The notes beneath the pieces are model-generated. The model made no database searches, was not told the DNA's origin, and saw only the letters and a program-made list of their open reading frames with translations. A stretch of 36,163 nt of DNA from an uncultured Kordiimonadaceae bacterium (GTDB taxonomy: Bacteria > Pseudomonadota > Alphaproteobacteria > Sphingomonadales > Emcibacteraceae): contig CALDNY010000296.1 in the NCBI GenBank assembly GCA_937914685.1, positions 1-36,163 on the forward strand, given 5' to 3'. Positions 9,957 through 18,901 of the stretch are shown in pieces (position 1 is the stretch's first letter; every line of letters begins with the position of its first letter). The position numbers were made by a program, and so were the translations under genes.

Positions 9957-10834
9957 GTAAATCTTTTGATTTTCTGCCTCATGTAAAAAGCCGCGAAGCC
10001 ACAAAGCTATTGCCGTGGGTTATGGCAATTATGGTTTATTTGAGCGCGTTAGCGGCCACGGGGAGCTTATTATTGCATTCGGGCTTTGACGATTGGGCCA
10101 ATAGCTTGCAAGGACGGGTCACCGTTCAGATTATAGGAGAAGATCGCGATTTAATCCATCTTCAAGCCTTAGAGATAAAAGAAGTTCTCAGAAAAACACC
10201 CGGCATTCGCTCAGTACGAATTATACCTGATGATGAAATAACGGCGTTATTGGAACCATGGTTGGGGGTGGGCAACATTACAGATGATCTGCCTATTCCG
10301 ATGATGCTGGATGTGGAAACTGATGTCGATAGTTATGTGAATCTTGAGGCTCTTGAGGCAAAAGTAAAACAAGTGACGGATACGGTTTATCTTGATGATC
10401 ATGCAAGGTGGTTATCGCATTTTTACACCCTTGCCTATACCATAGAATATACTGCCCTTGGTATATTAATCATGATTTTGCTTGCCTCTATCAGCATTGT
10501 TATCTTTGGCACAAAATCGAGTATGGCTGAACATAAAAATATCATTGAAATAATGCATTTAATGGGCGCCCACGATCAGATGATTGCCCAAGCCTACCAA
10601 AAAAGATTTATGCAATATGGTCTTAAAGGCGGTTTTTATGGGCTTATTATCGCCCTGCTCACGGTTTATGGGTTGCTAAATTTGGTGCAAAATATTGCTG
10701 GTGGTCTTGTGGAGATGCCAAGTCTTCCCTATTTAAAATTATCAATATTACTGATTTTTCCTTTTATATTTGCGGCTCTTGCTATGATGACGGCGCGTAT
10801 TACAGTTTTGCGTGAACTTGGAAGGATGGTATAA
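9953..10834 (+). CDS. ftsX: Cell division permease FtsX
   Basis: 4-TM topology with a large periplasmic loop, LLEPWLG and MHLMGA. ATGA overlap with ftsE. Confidence 0.92.
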   Translation: MSKSFDFLPHVKSREATKLLPWVMAIMVYLSALAATGSLLLHSGFDDWANSLQGRVTVQIIGEDRDLIHLQALEIKEVLRKTPGIRSVRIIPDDEITALLEPWLGVGNITDDLPIPMMLDVETDVDSYVNLEALEAKVKQVTDTVYLDDHARWLSHFYTLAYTIEYTALGILIMILLASISIVIFGTKSSMAEHKNIIEIMHLMGAHDQMIAQAYQKRFMQYGLKGGFYGLIIALLTVYGLLNLVQNIAGGLVEMPSLPYLKLSILLIFPFIFAALAMMTARITVLRELGRMV

Positions 10835-10835
10835 A

Positions 10836-11414
10836 TTGAAAATACGGATCATTTTCACAATATTATTTTCCTTAGCACTATTGTGGCTAGGGGGATATTT
10901 TTGGTTTTTGAATGAGTTATCCGTTAACTATCCAAATATAGAGCAAAAAACCGATGCAATTGTGGTTTTAACGGGGGGGCCAAACAGATTAAAAGTTGCC
11001 GTCCAGCTTTTAGAAGATGATTATGGTGAAAAGCTCTATATTTCAGGTGTCGATGAAAAAGTAACCCGTGATGAGTTGTTAAATCTTTTGGGAAGCAGTA
11101 AAGAACTTGCTGATTGCTGTATTGAAAGTGGTAATCAGGCAACGGATACGCTTGGTAATGCCATAGAAACCATGGCATGGGTTACTAAAAATAAGATAAA
11201 AAGTCTGCGTGTTGTCACATCATTGGCGCATATGCCTAGGGCTATGGTGGAATTTAAAAGATTTATGCCAGAAATAATTTTTATTGAACATCCAGTGGGA
11301 ATATTACAGCTTAAAAATATGAGTTATTTTAGGTTGTCACAAGAGTATAGTAAATATATTATTAGCCTGTTTCGGGCACGTATTTTGGATAAAATTTATT
11401 CCGATATTCCGTGA
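10836..11414 (+). CDS. YdcF/DUF218 (ElyC/SanA-like) protein
   Basis: DAIVVLTGG…R, T.GNA.E and VVTS..HMPRA motifs. TTG at 10836, just after the ftsX stop, is preferred over GTG 10812. Confidence 0.85.
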   Translation: MKIRIIFTILFSLALLWLGGYFWFLNELSVNYPNIEQKTDAIVVLTGGPNRLKVAVQLLEDDYGEKLYISGVDEKVTRDELLNLLGSSKELADCCIESGNQATDTLGNAIETMAWVTKNKIKSLRVVTSLAHMPRAMVEFKRFMPEIIFIEHPVGILQLKNMSYFRLSQEYSKYIISLFRARILDKIYSDIP

Positions 11415-12157
11415 ATAATTCTAAAAAAGAAAGGCTAGTGCGCATGGTGCGTTCAAGTTTATTTAAGGCTGTTTTTTATTTTTGGACGGCGCTGTTTTGT
11501 ATTTTGTATCTACCTCTAATGTGGTTGGGTCGTGATGATTTAATTGCTTTTCAGCGGTTATGGTCACATGGTGTGCTGGTTCTATTAAAGGTTTTTATGA
11601 ACATCAGTTTAGAAATAAAAGGGCAGGAAAATATTTCAAAGGGCGGCGCTCTTTATGCTATGAAACACCAATCATCTTTTGATACTTTTATTATGCACAC
11701 TATAGTGAAAAAACCAGCTTTTGTGATGAAGAAAGAGCTAATTAAGATCCCTCTTTACGGTAGTTTCTGCCTTAAAACAGGGATGATCCCCGTTGACCGG
11801 GACGGCGGATTAAAAGAATTAAAAACTTTAATTCAAAAATCGGCAAAAGCCATAAAAGAAAATCGCCAAGTTATTATTTTTCCAGAAGGCTCACGCATTA
11901 ATCCTGGAGATAAAGCTGAATATCAACCGGGTATATTTGGTATTTATAAATACACTAAAGTGCCCGTTATTCCCGTTGCGCTAAATTCAGGATTATATTG
12001 GCCTAAGCGCGGTCATTTAATCGCGGGAGGAGTTATCACTTTTGAGTTTCTTAAAGCCATAGAACCTGACAAAAAGAAAGCCGACTTTATGAAAATTTTG
12101 GAGGATGTTATTGAAAGCGCTAGCTCTAATTTAATTAAAAATCCAACTATTTCTTAA
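11411..12157 (+). CDS. plsC: 1-acyl-sn-glycerol-3-phosphate acyltransferase (LPLAT family)
   Basis: KHQSSFD (HX4D) and FPEGSR motifs. The start could be the later in-frame ATG. Confidence 0.88.
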   Translation: MNNSKKERLVRMVRSSLFKAVFYFWTALFCILYLPLMWLGRDDLIAFQRLWSHGVLVLLKVFMNISLEIKGQENISKGGALYAMKHQSSFDTFIMHTIVKKPAFVMKKELIKIPLYGSFCLKTGMIPVDRDGGLKELKTLIQKSAKAIKENRQVIIFPEGSRINPGDKAEYQPGIFGIYKYTKVPVIPVALNSGLYWPKRGHLIAGGVITFEFLKAIEPDKKKADFMKILEDVIESASSNLIKNPTIS

Positions 12158-12217
12158 CGTTAATTCAATGTATTCACTCTAAATTATAACGTAAATAACA
12201 TATGAGAGGATATCAGG

Positions 12218-12883
12218 TTGAATAAACTATTAGTATTTTTAATGATCGCTGGATTTAGCGGAACGGCAAATGCTGCTCCGGGGGATATGGCGTGGGGCGT
12301 TAAGGTTAGTACATTGGGGGCTGGTTTGGAGCTTACCTTTGAAGCGGCACATAAATTAAACGTACGTGTTGGTGCAAACTATTTTAAAACGAGCAGACAA
12401 GTTGACGTTGAAGCCAACACCTATGACTTGGATTTAAAATTAAATAGCTATACTGCCCTTGCCGATTGGTATGTGACTGATGGCTCACTTCGCCTAACAG
12501 GCGGTGTGCTTTTCAACAAAAATAATTTAACGGGCCTTGCTCTAGCGAGCAATAGTTACGATCTTAATGGCACTCTATACACAAGTGCAGAAGTTGGTGT
12601 CCTACAGGCTGATGTGGATTTTAAACCAACCGCTCCTTATTTGGGTATTGGTTGGGGTAATCCTCTTTCTGATGATAGGGATTGGTTGTTGATGATTGAC
12701 CTTGGCGTGGTATTTGCTAGCAAACCGCGCCTAGATGTGACCTCTACGGGCGGCACATTATCAAATAACAGCATATTACAAAATAATATTGTCCAAGTTG
12801 AGCAGGATTTTGCCAATACTAAAGAGCTGAAATATCTGAAATATTATCCGGTTATCTCAATTGGTCTAAATTATCGTTTTTGA
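12218..12883 (+). CDS. Putative outer-membrane beta-barrel protein (TTG start)
   Basis: Signal peptide (…TANA|AP), amphipathic strands (STLGAGLE, APYLGIGW), C-terminal GLNYRF. SD GAGGA upstream. Confidence 0.75.
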   Translation: MNKLLVFLMIAGFSGTANAAPGDMAWGVKVSTLGAGLELTFEAAHKLNVRVGANYFKTSRQVDVEANTYDLDLKLNSYTALADWYVTDGSLRLTGGVLFNKNNLTGLALASNSYDLNGTLYTSAEVGVLQADVDFKPTAPYLGIGWGNPLSDDRDWLLMIDLGVVFASKPRLDVTSTGGTLSNNSILQNNIVQVEQDFANTKELKYLKYYPVISIGLNYRF

Positions 12884-12903
12884 TCTGCGTTAAATAGGGT
12901 ATT

Positions 12904-12935
12904 AAAAGAGTCTGATTAATTCAGACTCTTTTTTT
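12904..12935 (+). terminator. Rho-independent terminator
   Basis: AAAAGAGTCTGA-ttaat-TCAGACTCTTTT followed by more T; perfect 12-bp stem. Confidence 0.85.
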
Positions 12936-12950
12936 ATGCGGGCTATTTTT

Positions 12951-13997
12951 ATGAGATTTAAATTTATCATTGTTTCAGTTTTAGTGCTGATTGCGGCTTA
13001 TAGCGCATTTTGGTTTAAAGTGGCCAATGAGGTCAAAAAATCTACTTTGGAATGGATAGAAGCACAAAAAAACAGTGCCGATGATTTAAAAGTTTTTGTC
13101 GGTGATATAGACGTCACAGGCTTTCCTTATAAAATTGCAGTTTCAGCGTCATCATTAAATGTGATCATTAGCGCGGGCGATTATAGCGCACTACCGATTT
13201 TTGCAACATTTCCCAATGTGTCGGTAGTCTATCAACCTTGGAAGCCTTGCCACGGGGTTATTGTCACGGATTATTTTGATGTGGTTATTGGTGACATTGA
13301 AAACCCGCAGACGAGCGTTGCCTTTGAAGGGGTAAAATCGTCGGTTATTTTAGATACGGATACTATGGCACTGAATAGTCTTTCTATTATGGCTGAAAAT
13401 GTAAGCTGGCATGCGGGTGCGCCAAGCGAGAATGGTGAAATTTCATTTATGGATCATCCAGAGTTTCATTTACGCAAATATCTATCAGGGATTAACGGGC
13501 AAAATAGCTACGACCTTCCGGTAAATAAAGCGATTTATTTTAAAGCAAACAATGCAGTGATTAATGAATTTAAGTCAAACTTACTTGGCAAGAATGCCGA
13601 CCAGATTATCATTGAAACCATTTTACATGCCAATCAAATGCCACAATATTCAGTCGCTTCATTATCAAAATGGCGTGATGAAGGGGGCACCTTAACCATT
13701 CGCACTTTTGAATATGGCAACAAAGAATCGCGTGTTAAATTAAGCGGTGATGTGACGTTGGATGAAAATTTAAAACCCTTGGGCGCTTTTGATGTCCAAA
13801 TTTCCAATATCCATCAATTTCTTGAAAATTTATCACAAAGCCAAGGGCTTTTAAAAACGGCCCAGAGCTTTATAAATTCTCAAAGCTCCAATCAAGCACA
13901 AACAAAAGAGTTGCCGCTGTCACTGAGCTTGCAAAATGGTTTTTTATATGTCGGGCCAATTCAAGTGATCGCCCTTAGCCCGGTCATCGGAAATTAA
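12951..13997 (+). CDS. DUF2125-family protein
   Basis: N-terminal TM ending YSAFWF, GFPY, YQPW and WRDEGG motifs. Usual position convergent on tyrA. ATG 12951 preferred because 12936 abuts the terminator T-run. Confidence 0.75.
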   Translation: MRFKFIIVSVLVLIAAYSAFWFKVANEVKKSTLEWIEAQKNSADDLKVFVGDIDVTGFPYKIAVSASSLNVIISAGDYSALPIFATFPNVSVVYQPWKPCHGVIVTDYFDVVIGDIENPQTSVAFEGVKSSVILDTDTMALNSLSIMAENVSWHAGAPSENGEISFMDHPEFHLRKYLSGINGQNSYDLPVNKAIYFKANNAVINEFKSNLLGKNADQIIIETILHANQMPQYSVASLSKWRDEGGTLTIRTFEYGNKESRVKLSGDVTLDENLKPLGAFDVQISNIHQFLENLSQSQGLLKTAQSFINSQSSNQAQTKELPLSLSLQNGFLYVGPIQVIALSPVIGN

Positions 13998-14908
13998 TCT
14001 TCGTGATGGCGACCAAAATCGGCCACATCCTGTTCTTGTCCAGCATCAATAATTTGTTTTCTAATGCGGCGGGTTTTTTCGAATATCTCATAAAGTGCAT
14101 CACCATCATCCCAGCGGATCGCCCGTTGCAGGGCGGTGAGGTCTTCGTTAAAGCGGCCAAGCATTTCAAGAACGGCGTCTTTGTTATGTAGGAACACATC
14201 GCGCCACATGGTAGGGTCAGAGGCAGCAATTCGGGTAAAATCGCGAAAACCACCAGCGGAAAATTTAATCACTTCGGATTTTGTTACTTCTTCGAGATCG
14301 CGTGCTGTTCCGACAATATTATAAGCAATAAGATGGGGAACATGGCTTGTAATTGCCAGCACTTTATCATGATGGGCTGGGTCCATTATTTCAACATTAC
14401 TGCCCAAAGCCTGCCAGAATTTTGTCAATTGATCAACGGCACTTTGATCCGCATCATCGGCGGGCGTTAAGATAGCCCAACGATCATGAAACAGGCTTGA
14501 AAATCCAGCTTTCGGTCCTGATTGTTCTGTTCCCGCCACGGGATGGCCGGGGATAAGATGGACATTTTTTGGGATATAGGGATTTAACATTTTAAAGACG
14601 GCGTTTTTAATGCTTCCCACATCGCTAAGAGTAGTCCCCTTTTTAAGGTGAGGCCCTATTATTTCACCAAGGGAAGAATAGGCTCCAACGGGAGTCGCTA
14701 AGATTACTAAATCTGCATCCTTAACGCTGTCAGATAATTTTTTATCAAGCCGATCAACAAGCTTTAATTGATTTATGACCTCGTGAATATCTTCATTGGC
14801 ATCAAAACCAACCAGTGTTTTGCATAGATTTTTTTCTTTTATACCTCGTGCCATCGAAGAGCCGATCAAGCCAAGACCAATGATGGTTATTTTCTCATAT
14901 AATGCCAT
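13994..14908 (-). CDS. tyrA: Prephenate/arogenate (cyclohexadienyl) dehydrogenase
   Basis: GLGLIGSS, DVGSIK, HPVAGTE, HDKVLAITSHVPH and FRDFTRIA. Downstream of hisC. Confidence 0.95.
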   Translation of the reverse strand: MALYEKITIIGLGLIGSSMARGIKEKNLCKTLVGFDANEDIHEVINQLKLVDRLDKKLSDSVKDADLVILATPVGAYSSLGEIIGPHLKKGTTLSDVGSIKNAVFKMLNPYIPKNVHLIPGHPVAGTEQSGPKAGFSSLFHDRWAILTPADDADQSAVDQLTKFWQALGSNVEIMDPAHHDKVLAITSHVPHLIAYNIVGTARDLEEVTKSEVIKFSAGGFRDFTRIAASDPTMWRDVFLHNKDAVLEMLGRFNEDLTALQRAIRWDDGDALYEIFEKTRRIRKQIIDAGQEQDVADFGRHHED

Positions 14909-14909
14909 A

Positions 14910-15998
14910 TTATTTTTCCAAAAATTCTTTTAACAGACCAATGAGCTCATTATTCTCGTCTGCCGTACCAACGGTCAACCGTAGGCAGTCTTCAAGTCCT
15001 TGTTCATTATAGTATCTCAAAATATAACCGTTTTTAAGTAAAAACTCATTGGCGTCGGCCGCGGTTTTATTCTTATTTTCAAATTTTATCAAAATAAAAT
15101 TAGTAACACTTGGAATAATTCTAAGGCCTAGAGCGCTTAACTCATTAGAGAGCCATTCTCGCCACTGACTATTATGGCTAATGGCTTTTTGTTCAAAATC
15201 CAAGTCTTTTAATGCGGCAACGCCAGCGACTTGGGCGCTACTCGGTACATTAAAAGGATCACGGATTTTATCTAAGGTATGGGCTATTTTCTTGCAAGCA
15301 TATCCCCAACCAAGGCGCAATGCGGCTAAGCCGTATAGTTTTGAAAATGTGCGGGTCATCAAAACATTGTTTGCCTTTGAGGCAAGTTCAATACCTGCCT
15401 CATAATCGTCTGCGTCGACAAATTCGGCGTAAGCGGCGTCTAATATGAGCAATATAGTGTCGGGGATATTTTGCCACAATCGCTCAATTTCTGTGGCGGG
15501 CAAGTAAGTTCCCGTAGGATTATTAGGGTTTGCTATAAAAATAATCCGCGTTTTATCGGTGATGGCCGCTATAATATTGTCCACATCAGCTCTGTAATCA
15601 ACATCACAAACTTCAATGGCAACGGCGCCGACGGATTTTATGGCTATGGGATACATGGAAAAACTATGGGCCACATAAATGGCTTCATCGCCTGGTTTTA
15701 AGTAAGCGCGACACGCAAGTTTTAATATTTCATCCGATCCGACACCACAAACAATACGCTTGGCATCTAAATTAAATTTTTCGCCGATGGCTTCTCTTAA
15801 GTCGTGATAAACGGGATCAGGATAGCGGTGCAGATTTTCCGCTGCGGCTTTATAGGCGGCGATGGCCATAGGACTTGGGCCAAGGGCGCTTTCATTGGCA
15901 GATAATTTTACGGCTTTTTGTGCGCCCACCACTTTTGACGAGCCACTTACATAGACGTTTAAATCATCTATCCAGCTATGTGTTTTTACACCACTCAT
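14910..15998 (-). CDS. hisC: Histidinol-phosphate aminotransferase
   Basis: KLSANE, RYPD, GSDE, NPNNPTG, DAAY and RTFSKLYGLAALRLG. Confidence 0.95.
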   Translation of the reverse strand: MSGVKTHSWIDDLNVYVSGSSKVVGAQKAVKLSANESALGPSPMAIAAYKAAAENLHRYPDPVYHDLREAIGEKFNLDAKRIVCGVGSDEILKLACRAYLKPGDEAIYVAHSFSMYPIAIKSVGAVAIEVCDVDYRADVDNIIAAITDKTRIIFIANPNNPTGTYLPATEIERLWQNIPDTILLILDAAYAEFVDADDYEAGIELASKANNVLMTRTFSKLYGLAALRLGWGYACKKIAHTLDKIRDPFNVPSSAQVAGVAALKDLDFEQKAISHNSQWREWLSNELSALGLRIIPSVTNFILIKFENKNKTAADANEFLLKNGYILRYYNEQGLEDCLRLTVGTADENNELIGLLKEFLEK

Positions 15999-16120
15999 AA
16001 TATGACCTTGACCTGATGAATTGTTTTCAATGTTTTTGATCTACACTTATCTGCATCAGATAACCACTAAAAAATGAAAGATATATTGACTTATAATCAT
16101 GCTAGAGTAGAAATCTATCA

Positions 16121-17308
16121 ATGATAACAGTTGAAATTAATAAAGAAGCCATGACAGAAAAGCTTAAAAATAACATAATCGATGATGGTTTTGCCGAGGT
16201 GGTTTTGCTTGGCAAAGATGATCCCTTGCGTCTTTCTTCTGGAGAAGAATTATCGCCCTTCAGTGTTGCTTATAAATGTTGGGGAACACTGAATGACGAT
16301 AAAACCAATGCGATTATGATTTGTCATGCTTTAACGGGAGATCAATATGCCCGTGGTGAAAATCCTATTACGGGAAAAGAAGGATGGTGGCCTAAATTAA
16401 TAGGTCCGGGGCTTGCGGTTGATACGGATAAATATTTTGTAATATGCCCTAACGTATTAGGGTCATGTAGTGGCAGTAGCGGGCCAAAGGAAATTAACCC
16501 CAAAACGGGTGAGGCATATGGCCTTGATTTTCCTGTCATTACCATTGCCGATATGGTGGGCTCACAAGTAAAATTGATTGATCATTTGGGCATTGACAAG
16601 CTTTTTTCTGTCATTGGTGGCTCGATGGGAGGAATGCAGGTCATGCATTGGGCTGTATCCCACAAAGAGCGGGTCAGAACGGCTATTCCTATTGCCTCAA
16701 CGTGGCGTCATTCTGCACAAAATATTGCCTTTCATGAAGTGGGTCGCCAAGCCATTATGGCTGATCCAAATTGGCATGGTGGACGGTATTTTGAAACGGA
16801 ACTACGTCCCCATGCGGGGCTTTCTGTTGCGCGTATGGCGGCGCATATTACCTATATGTCCGAAGGAAGTTTAATGGCAAAATTCGGACGCAATTTACAA
16901 GACCGTGAAAAGCTTACTTTTGGTTTTGATGCGGACTTTCAGGTGGAAAGTTATTTACGTCATCAGGGGATTTCCTTTGTTGATCGATTTGATGCGAATA
17001 GTTATCTTTATATTACGCGGGCTATGGATTATTATGATATATCCGCAGAATTTGATGGTAGTCTCAGGCGCGCTTTTGAAAATACACCTGTCAAATTTTG
17101 CATTATGTCGTTTACTTCCGATTGGCTTTATACCACGGAAGAAAGCCGTGAAATTGTTCGTGCGTTAAATGCTGTTGGGGCACAGGTAAGTTTTGTTGAA
17201 ATTGAAATGGACAAAGGACACGATAGTTTTTTACTTGATTGTCCAGATATGTTTAAAATTGTTTCTGGTTTCTTAAAAGCCGAAGCACAATTAAGCGGAA
17301 TTAAATAA
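16121..17308 (+). CDS. metX: Homoserine O-acyltransferase, MetX family (start 16121 or 16151)
   Basis: HALTGD, GGSMGG (catalytic Ser), RFDANSY, SDWLY and GHDSFL. Followed by metW. Confidence 0.95.
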   Translation: MITVEINKEAMTEKLKNNIIDDGFAEVVLLGKDDPLRLSSGEELSPFSVAYKCWGTLNDDKTNAIMICHALTGDQYARGENPITGKEGWWPKLIGPGLAVDTDKYFVICPNVLGSCSGSSGPKEINPKTGEAYGLDFPVITIADMVGSQVKLIDHLGIDKLFSVIGGSMGGMQVMHWAVSHKERVRTAIPIASTWRHSAQNIAFHEVGRQAIMADPNWHGGRYFETELRPHAGLSVARMAAHITYMSEGSLMAKFGRNLQDREKLTFGFDADFQVESYLRHQGISFVDRFDANSYLYITRAMDYYDISAEFDGSLRRAFENTPVKFCIMSFTSDWLYTTEESREIVRALNAVGAQVSFVEIEMDKGHDSFLLDCPDMFKIVSGFLKAEAQLSGIK

Positions 17309-17310
17309 TT

Positions 17311-17946
17311 ATGACTAAGGTTCAACAAAAAGATCATCGCGCTTCTGATATTCGGGTTGATTTATTATTGATTGCGAGCATGATTCCGGCGGGTTCGCGT
17401 GTACTTGATGTTGGTTGCGGTGACGGCGAGCTTCTGGATTATCTACGCGCGCAAAAAAATGTTGATGGCCGAGGTATTGAACTTAGCGCGCACGGCGTAA
17501 ATCAAAGCGTCTCAAAAGGACTAAGCGTTATTCAAGGAAACGCCGAACGAGAGATAAGCCATTTTCCCGATGATAGTTTTGATTATGTTATTTTAAGTCA
17601 AACTTTGCAGGCGATGAAGCGTCCTGATAAAATTCTACAGGAATTACTTCGTGTTGGTAAAAGGGCGATTGTTTCGTTTCCTAATTTTGCCATTTGGCGA
17701 GTGCGTCTTCATTTGTTGTTACGCGGTAGAATGCCGGTGACGAAATCATTGGATTATCCGTGGTATAGCACGCCCAACATTCATTTTTGTACGATCCGTG
17801 ATTTTGTTGATCTTTGCGATCAGCTTAATATTAAAATTGAAAAAGGAATGGCTGTTAATAGTGCGGGCGGTGAAATGTTTTTTAATTCATTATTTATGTC
17901 TAATATTTTTGGCACCCAAGGCCTCTACGTTATAACGCGGCCTTAA
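17311..17946 (+). CDS. metW: Methionine biosynthesis protein MetW
   Basis: VLDVGCGDG, LSQTLQ, VSFPNF and WYSTPNIH. Confidence 0.95.
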   Translation: MTKVQQKDHRASDIRVDLLLIASMIPAGSRVLDVGCGDGELLDYLRAQKNVDGRGIELSAHGVNQSVSKGLSVIQGNAEREISHFPDDSFDYVILSQTLQAMKRPDKILQELLRVGKRAIVSFPNFAIWRVRLHLLLRGRMPVTKSLDYPWYSTPNIHFCTIRDFVDLCDQLNIKIEKGMAVNSAGGEMFFNSLFMSNIFGTQGLYVITRP

Positions 17947-18710
17947 TCATTATGCTCTCTCATTTGTGTGCCGACGATGATCGGTTTTGTCACTAATTTC
18001 TTTTCTGTATTGAGCGGCGTTGGCGCGTAAATTTGTTTTTCAGCTTCGATAATAAGGACACCGGCAAATTTACTCCACCAACGTTCGCCAGTTGATTCTA
18101 GTGTGGCCAGTGCCGTCAACATGGTTCTATTACTAAAAGGGGGGAGAAAAAGTGCAGAGGTCCATCTTGTGGGACTGAGCATATTATTAGAGAGCATTTT
18201 TTTTATTTGGGCACTAGAAAATGGCTTGCCGTGACCAAAGGGGGAGGCCTCTGAGCGGCACCAAGGACCGAGACGGCTTGGTACAATAATGATTACCCGT
18301 CCACCAGGCGTCAGGGTGCGCCAAACTTCCCTTAACATATATTTGCTATGGTCCGTGTGTTCTAAACAATGAATTAGTATCACTCGGTCCATGCTCGCAT
18401 CTTTAATAGGAAGGTCTGTTTCTCGGGCTAATGTGGAAAGATTGCCCAAATAGCGACCATAACGGTCTTTTTCATGGCCTTTATAACGTGGCCAACGCAT
18501 TACACCCTGAAGGGTTGGCATGATGGCAATGGTGTGATCTGCTTCATCTTTGAATGTCTCTAAAATGGGTGGAGCGTAGCCAAGACCTAACAGGTCCATC
18601 CCTTTTAGAGAGGGCCATAAGGCTCTAATTTTATTGCGAATAAGCCGCGCGGTGATTTTGCCAAGCGGTGTCGCGTAATAAGCGCTTAAGTCAACTACAT
18701 CTTGATACAT
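17943..18710 (-). CDS. Class I SAM-dependent methyltransferase-like protein (YafS-type)
   Basis: MYQDVVDLSAYYATPLG, LGLGYA, HCLEH…LREVWR.L.PGG and PFGHGKPFS; the alphaproteobacterial family normally found next to gloB. Confidence 0.8.
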   Translation of the reverse strand: MYQDVVDLSAYYATPLGKITARLIRNKIRALWPSLKGMDLLGLGYAPPILETFKDEADHTIAIMPTLQGVMRWPRYKGHEKDRYGRYLGNLSTLARETDLPIKDASMDRVILIHCLEHTDHSKYMLREVWRTLTPGGRVIIIVPSRLGPWCRSEASPFGHGKPFSSAQIKKMLSNNMLSPTRWTSALFLPPFSNRTMLTALATLESTGERWWSKFAGVLIIEAEKQIYAPTPLNTEKKLVTKPIIVGTQMREHND

Positions 18711-18901
18711 AGCGTTTGCCCCAGAGAATTCATTATTGAGAGATTTATATTAGCTCAAGGCAATATTTAAGTAAATGTGGGAGAAATAATAATGTTTTTT
18801 AAGGAAAAATCTTGTCAATTTTATAAAAATAATCCAAACTCTTTTGCAACTTAAGGGGTTAAGGGAATTTAAAAATAAAGCCAAATAGGCGGAGATAATT
18901 A

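Noticed and set aside
15999-16150. SAM-II/SAM-alpha riboswitch expected upstream of alphaproteobacterial metX
   Set aside because: No recognisable consensus (GTGATTT…GCTAAA core), and the leader appears too short. An Infernal scan would settle it.
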